From: Conexivisphaerales archaeon
GTDB taxonomy: Archaea > Thermoproteota > Nitrososphaeria > Conexivisphaerales > DTJL01
Reading direction: 5' to 3'
Assembly: GCA_049509455.1 (NCBI GenBank)
Contig: JBEKZX010000015.1
Span: 1-28,286 of the forward strand
Length of the DNA stretch: 28,286 nucleotides
In this document: piece by piece, positions 24,201 to 28,286 of the stretch
Layout of the letters: every line of letters begins with the position of its first letter
Position numbering within the stretch: the first letter of the stretch is position 1
Position numbers and translations under genes: made by a program
The notes under the pieces: model-generated
What the model was told of the DNA's origin: nothing
Seen by the model: the letters and a program-made list of their open reading frames with translations, nothing else
The model's database searches: none

Positions 24201-24917
24201 GAGAGTCAGGTGGTCGGTGATCGTCGGGGCGATGCTCGCCGCCTCCACGGCGATCCTCTTGACGCGACCTTCCTCTCTGGCCCAACCCTCCATCGCAAAA
24301 TACGCGCCCAGGGCCAGCCAGACCCATTTCAGATACATCTCTCCCGCTAGGTTCGCGTCGGAAGGAAGCTTCTTTGTGGATGTCAGGCGCTCGATGAGGT
24401 CCAGGCCCTCCGTCAGAAGAGGGGTGATCCGCTCATCGCCGTGGAGGAGAGAACGTTCGTAAATCAGCTGGAGGTGGTAGTTCACCTGCTCGAAATAGGC
24501 CTCACCCGTGGTGGGGTCAAGCTTCTGCAGGACGACCCTCTGGACGCCTATAGCGTCGTCCAAAAGAAGGACGCGCTCTTCATGCTCCGCGGACATGATG
24601 CTCTGCAGCCGCAGACGGCGAGCCTTCGCTATCATGTGCTGGGTCTCGCTCGCTTCGAAGGTGACCAGCGCCTCCGCCGTCCGAAAAGCTTCGACTCCCG
24701 CATCCACGAAGTGCTCGAACTCCGAGGCGCTCAGCGACTGGTAGGCCGCCTGCTCGTAGCAGTATCCAATTCGCATGGAAGCATTCGCCGCCTCCTCGGA
24801 GCTAGGTGCCACTTGCGAAAGCAGCGCTGCGTATTTCTCCGCGGCTTGGCTCCATTCGTAACCCTTCTCACGTTCAAGGGCTTCATGGAGAATGGATGGA
24901 GCTTTCGGAGAAGACAT
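21078..24917 (-). CDS. Large helical-repeat (TPR/SNAP-like) + Ig-like beta-sandwich + C-terminal class III adenylate/guanylate cyclase fusion (1279 aa)
   Basis: Cyclase motifs AIVFTDVVGYT, EVKTIGDSF, LRVGVHVGDV, GDVLGDVVNIASRI, ELKNV (about 21140-21665). CARDB/BatD-like segment about 21690-22040. Ala-rich A-A-x-x-Y/F-x-x-A helical repeats upstream. No TM segment or signal peptide. Confidence 0.9.
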   Translation of the reverse strand: MSSPKAPSILHEALEREKGYEWSQAAEKYAALLSQVAPSSEEAANASMRIGYCYEQAAYQSLSASEFEHFVDAGVEAFRTAEALVTFEASETQHMIAKARRLRLQSIMSAEHEERVLLLDDAIGVQRVVLQKLDPTTGEAYFEQVNYHLQLIYERSLLHGDERITPLLTEGLDLIERLTSTKKLPSDANLAGEMYLKWVWLALGAYFAMEGWAREEGRVKRIAVEAASIAPTITDHLTLSRLHSSVANVSALFGESLGTTLQQHLDLALSEAQKTDNGTEIGVALSGLAFSTRWKLVAEKNEEPARELFETVKLYYEEGRRRLRHLSDPVSRYFLLNLYGDMVQSYFVFATGFITDQPLRRRTIEEGISIFREAYQLGEGEFNDNLPYLWYAGAEALQQLALIEEDAGKRKAILNEAVELDRRATEIALRTSPHFSWNLGIQMISEATMRSLLAKDILDESEKRGLLEDAAKEFREGFSKIATVVQPLTDGQVLRMGNSAFRFAKVLQDLYELSSERALLEDELKVLDEATKEFDRIGRSTRVAEALWLKASVKDLMGKPQEAAREYARASAAYSGSVSESPSLRTLYEELSQYMLAWQHIEQARFAHSAGRFAPAAEAYRRASDILSKVQRWSPLGLHYSACGVLEDGEQFSRSEEPDAAAKLFAKAAEGFAAAAVALEKWGSSLPSLEEQSEASGWLALSVSRERYSLAMANLEEAKLLDRRGERLESAQGFESAAELLEQLAKSGGDGEWREETITLALLCRAWQLLKQAETQEKPERYASAAKLFEDVSGSSRDDKLVAMARGNAAFCHALEAGAGLRVNRDPSLFRVAKQQLEAATDYYTEAGMERAASWTTATERMFDGSVYLTEAEGELATNEKARLYSLAESSFESAARLYAKAGYTGKQQEAERHLEQVKQRKSVFASPAEALDAGIVLQMPEKAPSLTRDQSVGYEWLQHANIQCNMTLSKEEAAAGEAVQLELEMVNAGNAPALMVKVDGFPPAADVESVSPGVVWEIDHLVFKARKIEPMATEEIRLKVIPWEAGVMEIAPKFLYLDEGGKYRGYTPEAVILTVTGGVSRADKRGLSAIVFTDVVGYTALTQKNEALTLELLKEHERLVRETLPKHNGREVKTIGDSFLIEFASALEATSFAIDIQKATYEKNLGAKAERRIELRVGVHVGDVVHRGGDVLGDVVNIASRIRPLAEAGGICVSQQVYDQVWNKLECKFLELRKQELKNVQAPIGVYRIVLPWESQGASLPSPPAHTDGPLPGSPGFR

Positions 24918-24946
24918 TGCGATACGCTTCGCCTTCTTCGCTCGGG

Positions 24947-24999
24947 ATTAATAAGCGCTCTAAAGAAACTGTGGGACCCCTGCGGGATAATCCTTTAAG
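24947..24999. promoter_or_regulatory. Divergent promoter pair (cyclase gene / ABC operon)
   Basis: Minus-strand CTTATTAAT at 24947-24955, about 34 nt before ATG 24917; plus-strand CTTTAAG at 24993-24999, about 37 nt before ATG 25033. Confidence 0.55.
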
Positions 25000-25032
25000 C
25001 TACGACGGCGGGGAGGAACCCCGAAGCGCACC

Positions 25033-25803
25033 ATGCCATCGGAAGCCGTCGTAGTGGACTCCGTTACGAAGACCTTCGGTCCGAAGGTGGCGGTGAACAA
25101 CATCTCCCTGCATGTGGAGAAAGGCGAAATCCTCGGCCTGCTCGGGCCCAACGGCTCCGGCAAGAGCACGACCATGAGGATGATCATGGGCATAATGAAG
25201 CCCGACTCGGGGAGGATCTCTGTCTGCGACATCGACGTCCTAAGGCAGCCGTCCGACTCGAAGAGGCTCGTCGGCTACGTGCCCGAGTCTCCCTACCTCT
25301 ACGAGTACCTTACGGCATCAGAATACCTAGACTTCGTGGGGACCGCCTACGGGATCAAACCAGACGACAGGCGCCAGCGTGTCGCAGACCTCTTCGACGC
25401 GCTCCAGATGTCGGAACACGTGAACGAAGTTATGAGCGGTTTCTCGCAAGGCATGAAGCAGAAGGTGGCGTTCACCGCGGCGCTCCTCCACCGGCCGAGG
25501 GTCCTCGTATTGGACGAGTCCCTGAACGGCTTGGACCCGAGGTCGGCTAGAATCATCAAGGACATACTCGTCCGCCTCTCCAGGGAGGGCGTCGCCATAC
25601 TGTTCAGCACTCATGTCCTTGAGATAGCCGAGGCTGTCTGCAGCAGGATCGTCATAATGAACGAAGGGATGGTGATCGCCGAAGGCACGGCTCAGGAGCT
25701 GAGATCGCTGGCGGGCATGCCGGGATCCAGCTTGGAAGACACCTTCCTCAAACTTACAGGCAGCGAAGATACCGCCAAGATCGTGGAGGCACTGAACATT
25801 TGA
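25033..25803 (+). CDS. ABC-2 type exporter ATP-binding protein
   Basis: GPNGSGKST, FSQGMKQK, LVLDESLNGLDP, FSTHVL, SLEDTFL. Confidence 0.95.
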   Translation: MPSEAVVVDSVTKTFGPKVAVNNISLHVEKGEILGLLGPNGSGKSTTMRMIMGIMKPDSGRISVCDIDVLRQPSDSKRLVGYVPESPYLYEYLTASEYLDFVGTAYGIKPDDRRQRVADLFDALQMSEHVNEVMSGFSQGMKQKVAFTAALLHRPRVLVLDESLNGLDPRSARIIKDILVRLSREGVAILFSTHVLEIAEAVCSRIVIMNEGMVIAEGTAQELRSLAGMPGSSLEDTFLKLTGSEDTAKIVEALNI

Positions 25804-27437
25804 AACGGGATACGGTCGTGAGCCTTGCCATCGTCCTCTTCAAGTCATATTTCAGGGCGAGCCGCGCAGGCCGCAGGAGCACCTTCTCCAATCCCAATTC
25901 CATCTTCGCTATCGACGCTGTCGTCTTCGTGGTGCCGTTCGCCCTGATCTGGTACTTTCTTCCCCAAGCGCCACAGGAGATCGTCACATTCCTGGCGCCT
26001 CTTACGGCTGAGGCCGTAGTGGGCCTCCCCGTCATCCTGATCTCTGGGGTAATCCTCGCCGGGGTGCTCTTCGAATTGGGAACCGCCAGCGGCCTGGCTT
26101 CTAGCGAGGCCGTCAACTGGCTCCCCGTCACGCCTAGGGAGTATGTGGTGGCCTCCTGCCTATCTCTCGATTTCGCATATTCTCCCCTGCTGGCCTTCGG
26201 TCTCGGAGCCGTACTTCCTCTCGCCGCCGGACTCGGCTTCTCTTCGGTCATACCCTCTCTGGTGGCGCTCTCCTTCATCGCATTCTTCTGGGGGGCCGTG
26301 ATCGTCGAGGCCATCCGGTCCCTCCTAAATCGTATCTCCATGTCAGTCAACAGGAGGAGCGGCAGGCTGGGCACCATCCTTCGCATCGTGCTGGTGATCG
26401 CCCTCCTCGTAGTCTTCCAGCTGGCGTTTCAGCCCACCGTCCTCTACATCGCCCTATCCGACATCGTCAACGGGGTGAGCCTCGCCTGGTTCGTCCCCAT
26501 GGTTTGGCCTTCGGTGGCCCTGGTGGCCGAGCTTTCCTCTGACCTCTCCAAGACGGCTTCCTTTCTGGCCTTGACAGCCCTCTTCACGGTGGTGCTCTTC
26601 GAGGTGTCGGCCATGCTCAGGTCCAAGTACTGGTCGCCGGTTCCCGTCATCACGGCCTTCGCCTCGTCTCCCGTCTATGTCCCCCAGGGGAGGTCCTTTC
26701 TGTGGCTGGACCCCGTTTCATACGCCCTCGCCATCAAGGACCTAAGGTCTCTGACCAGGCGGAGGGAGATGAGCAGGTTCCTAGCCATCCCCGTGCTGCT
26801 GGTCGTCGTCTTCCTCCTCCCATCTCTTTACGGCGGCGGCCTCGGTGCTGATGCGACTCCCTTCAGTCTCTACCTTCTGGGAGAAGTCTCCACGCTTCTC
26901 CCCATCATGCTCTCATCCATCAGCCTCGGGCAGGAGGGGCGCTCGGTGGCAAACCTGTACATGCTCCCGATGAGTCCAGACGAGCTAATCATGGGCAAGC
27001 TCTTCCTCCCATGGGTCTTCACCGGAGCGGCGGTCGCGGTCGTTGCGTCGCTAATGCAGTTGCTCTTCCCCATGCCCATGGACCAGTTCGCCGTCGTCCT
27101 CGTCGCCCTCGCCTTCATCGTCTTCATCCAGGCGTACGTCGGGCTGGGGACCGGTGCGCGCCATCCCGACTTCACTTTGGGTCCCAGGGCTAGGTACGTC
27201 ACGGGTGTGGGCTTCTTGGTAGCCTTCGCCGTCGGGGCGCTGTCGACCCTGGTGATGTTCCTCCCACTGATGGCCAGCATGTTCCTGTCCGTCTTCTCCT
27301 CTTTCGGGCTTGGGTCGACCGGCACCGCCATTGCCGATATGGTCCTAACTGCGTCCGTCGGCGTGGTGCTCCTCCTGGCGTCGAGGGCATATTGCAGGAG
27401 CGGAGTGGAGAAGTTCCTCTCCGACATGTTGGCCTGA
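25800..27437 (+). CDS. Large (about 12-14 TM) ABC exporter permease
   Basis: TTGA overlap with the ATPase; two pseudo-repeated halves (WLPVTPREYV; MLPMSPDELIMGKL); fully hydrophobic profile. Confidence 0.88.
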   Translation: MKRDTVVSLAIVLFKSYFRASRAGRRSTFSNPNSIFAIDAVVFVVPFALIWYFLPQAPQEIVTFLAPLTAEAVVGLPVILISGVILAGVLFELGTASGLASSEAVNWLPVTPREYVVASCLSLDFAYSPLLAFGLGAVLPLAAGLGFSSVIPSLVALSFIAFFWGAVIVEAIRSLLNRISMSVNRRSGRLGTILRIVLVIALLVVFQLAFQPTVLYIALSDIVNGVSLAWFVPMVWPSVALVAELSSDLSKTASFLALTALFTVVLFEVSAMLRSKYWSPVPVITAFASSPVYVPQGRSFLWLDPVSYALAIKDLRSLTRRREMSRFLAIPVLLVVVFLLPSLYGGGLGADATPFSLYLLGEVSTLLPIMLSSISLGQEGRSVANLYMLPMSPDELIMGKLFLPWVFTGAAVAVVASLMQLLFPMPMDQFAVVLVALAFIVFIQAYVGLGTGARHPDFTLGPRARYVTGVGFLVAFAVGALSTLVMFLPLMASMFLSVFSSFGLGSTGTAIADMVLTASVGVVLLLASRAYCRSGVEKFLSDMLA

Positions 27438-27573
27438 CGTTCCGAGGCCTATCTGCACAAGAGCGGCATCCACAGATCCTATCGCAGCCGTGAATAGGTG
27501 CGAAGGGAGGCTCTTGGGATAGCAGGCGGCCCGTGATGCGTTGAGAGTCGTGGCCCTTTCGAGGTCTTTAATT

Positions 27574-27580
27574 CTTATAT
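27574..27580 (+). promoter_or_regulatory. TATA box for the terminal gene
   Basis: CTTATAT about 30 nt upstream of ATG 27607. Confidence 0.6.
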
Positions 27581-27606
27581 CTCGGGTTCGCCTGACGTCC
27601 TACGTC

Positions 27607-28286
27607 ATGTCGGGCGGCTTCGGTGGAAGGACCGGAGGCTCCTTCGTCAGGAGGGGTTCCTCTTCGAAGAAGGTCAGGCGCAGGAAACAGGATTACCACA
27701 AGCACCGGGTGCGGTCGTCCACGGCCGAGGCGGAGATGGACCTGCAGACCCTCAAGGAGAGGACGCTTCAGTCCCTTAACAGGCTGGGGCATCAAACGTT
27801 CCAGCCCGGATCAGGATACGACCTGGAGAGTTGGATGAAGAGCCTGGGCATCCTCCTCGACGACTTCGAGGCCAAGGCGACGGCATCCTTGAAGCTGTCG
27901 AGCGGCTATTTGGAATCCAAGGGCGAAGTGTTATCCTCACTCTCCAGGACCCCAGAGCTCCCGGAGATGGACTCTGCGATCGCAGCGGCGAAGGACGAAG
28001 AGCAGAAGATCTTGTCAGGACTGGGCGACCTCAACGCTTCATATTTCGGCTCGAAGCTGGGCCCTCTGCGGAGTCGACGGATGAAGCTGACTTCAGATCT
28101 GGACGAGGAACGGGCATCCATCGCGAGGATAAAAGCGGAATCGAGGCCTGGCGGCTTCCTTAACAGGATCCTAGGTCAGAGGCCTCCGTCGACCACAGAG
28201 AACGAGGCCCGCGTCGCCGGCTTGCAGCTGGAACTGGACGACGTGAACGCGAAGATTGCTTCACTTGAAGAGGAAGAGTCCAGATA
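27607..28286 (+). CDS. Coiled-coil hypothetical protein with a Gly/Arg/Lys-rich N-terminus (runs off the right edge)
   Basis: Open frame from ATG 27607 to the window end (226 codons): MSGGFGGRTGGSFVRRGSSSKKVRRRKQDYHKHR...LNRLGHQTF...LQLELDDVNAKIASLEEEESR. Strong GC3 bias; missed by the ORF track because no stop is present. Confidence 0.85.
   Translation, partial: MSGGFGGRTGGSFVRRGSSSKKVRRRKQDYHKHRVRSSTAEAEMDLQTLKERTLQSLNRLGHQTFQPGSGYDLESWMKSLGILLDDFEAKATASLKLSSGYLESKGEVLSSLSRTPELPEMDSAIAAAKDEEQKILSGLGDLNASYFGSKLGPLRSRRMKLTSDLDEERASIARIKAESRPGGFLNRILGQRPPSTTENEARVAGLQLELDDVNAKIASLEEEESR

Noticed and set aside
1-28286. tRNA, rRNA, CRISPR array, transposase or integrase
   Set aside because: No cloverleaf or T-loop motif, regularly spaced repeats, or DDE/tyrosine-recombinase motifs seen by eye; tRNAscan-SE and Infernal could not be run.

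Overview
GC-rich (about 60% by eye) archaeal chromosomal segment. Archaeal origin is supported by an Alba gene, TATA-like boxes about 27-40 nt upstream of many starts, and few Shine-Dalgarno motifs. The gene style suggests a basal Nitrososphaerota/TACK lineage (inference only). The window is dominated by envelope and efflux functions: four intact ABC exporter modules, an MFS transporter, a CDF transporter, a SpoIIM-fusion membrane protein and several small membrane proteins. It also encodes Alba, YjbQ, a VOC enzyme, a MEDS-domain protein and a wHTH regulator paired with a membrane protein. The most notable element is a 1279-aa helical-repeat / Ig-like / class III adenylate cyclase fusion with an intact catalytic signature. 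Other notable elements are an M29 aminopeptidase homologue that appears to lack all six metal ligands, and a candidate uORF/alternative-hairpin switch upstream of a MacB/FtsX-type ABC operon. Several intergenic gaps hold decayed gene relics (PIN, VOC, ABC-2 permease, metallo-beta-lactamase fold). Two edge-truncated genes (1-201, 27607-end) are missing from the ORF track, and a small membrane gene (15116-15337) appears there only inside a longer ORF. I found no rRNA, tRNA, CRISPR array or recognisable mobile element. All family calls come from motif reading, not database searches.
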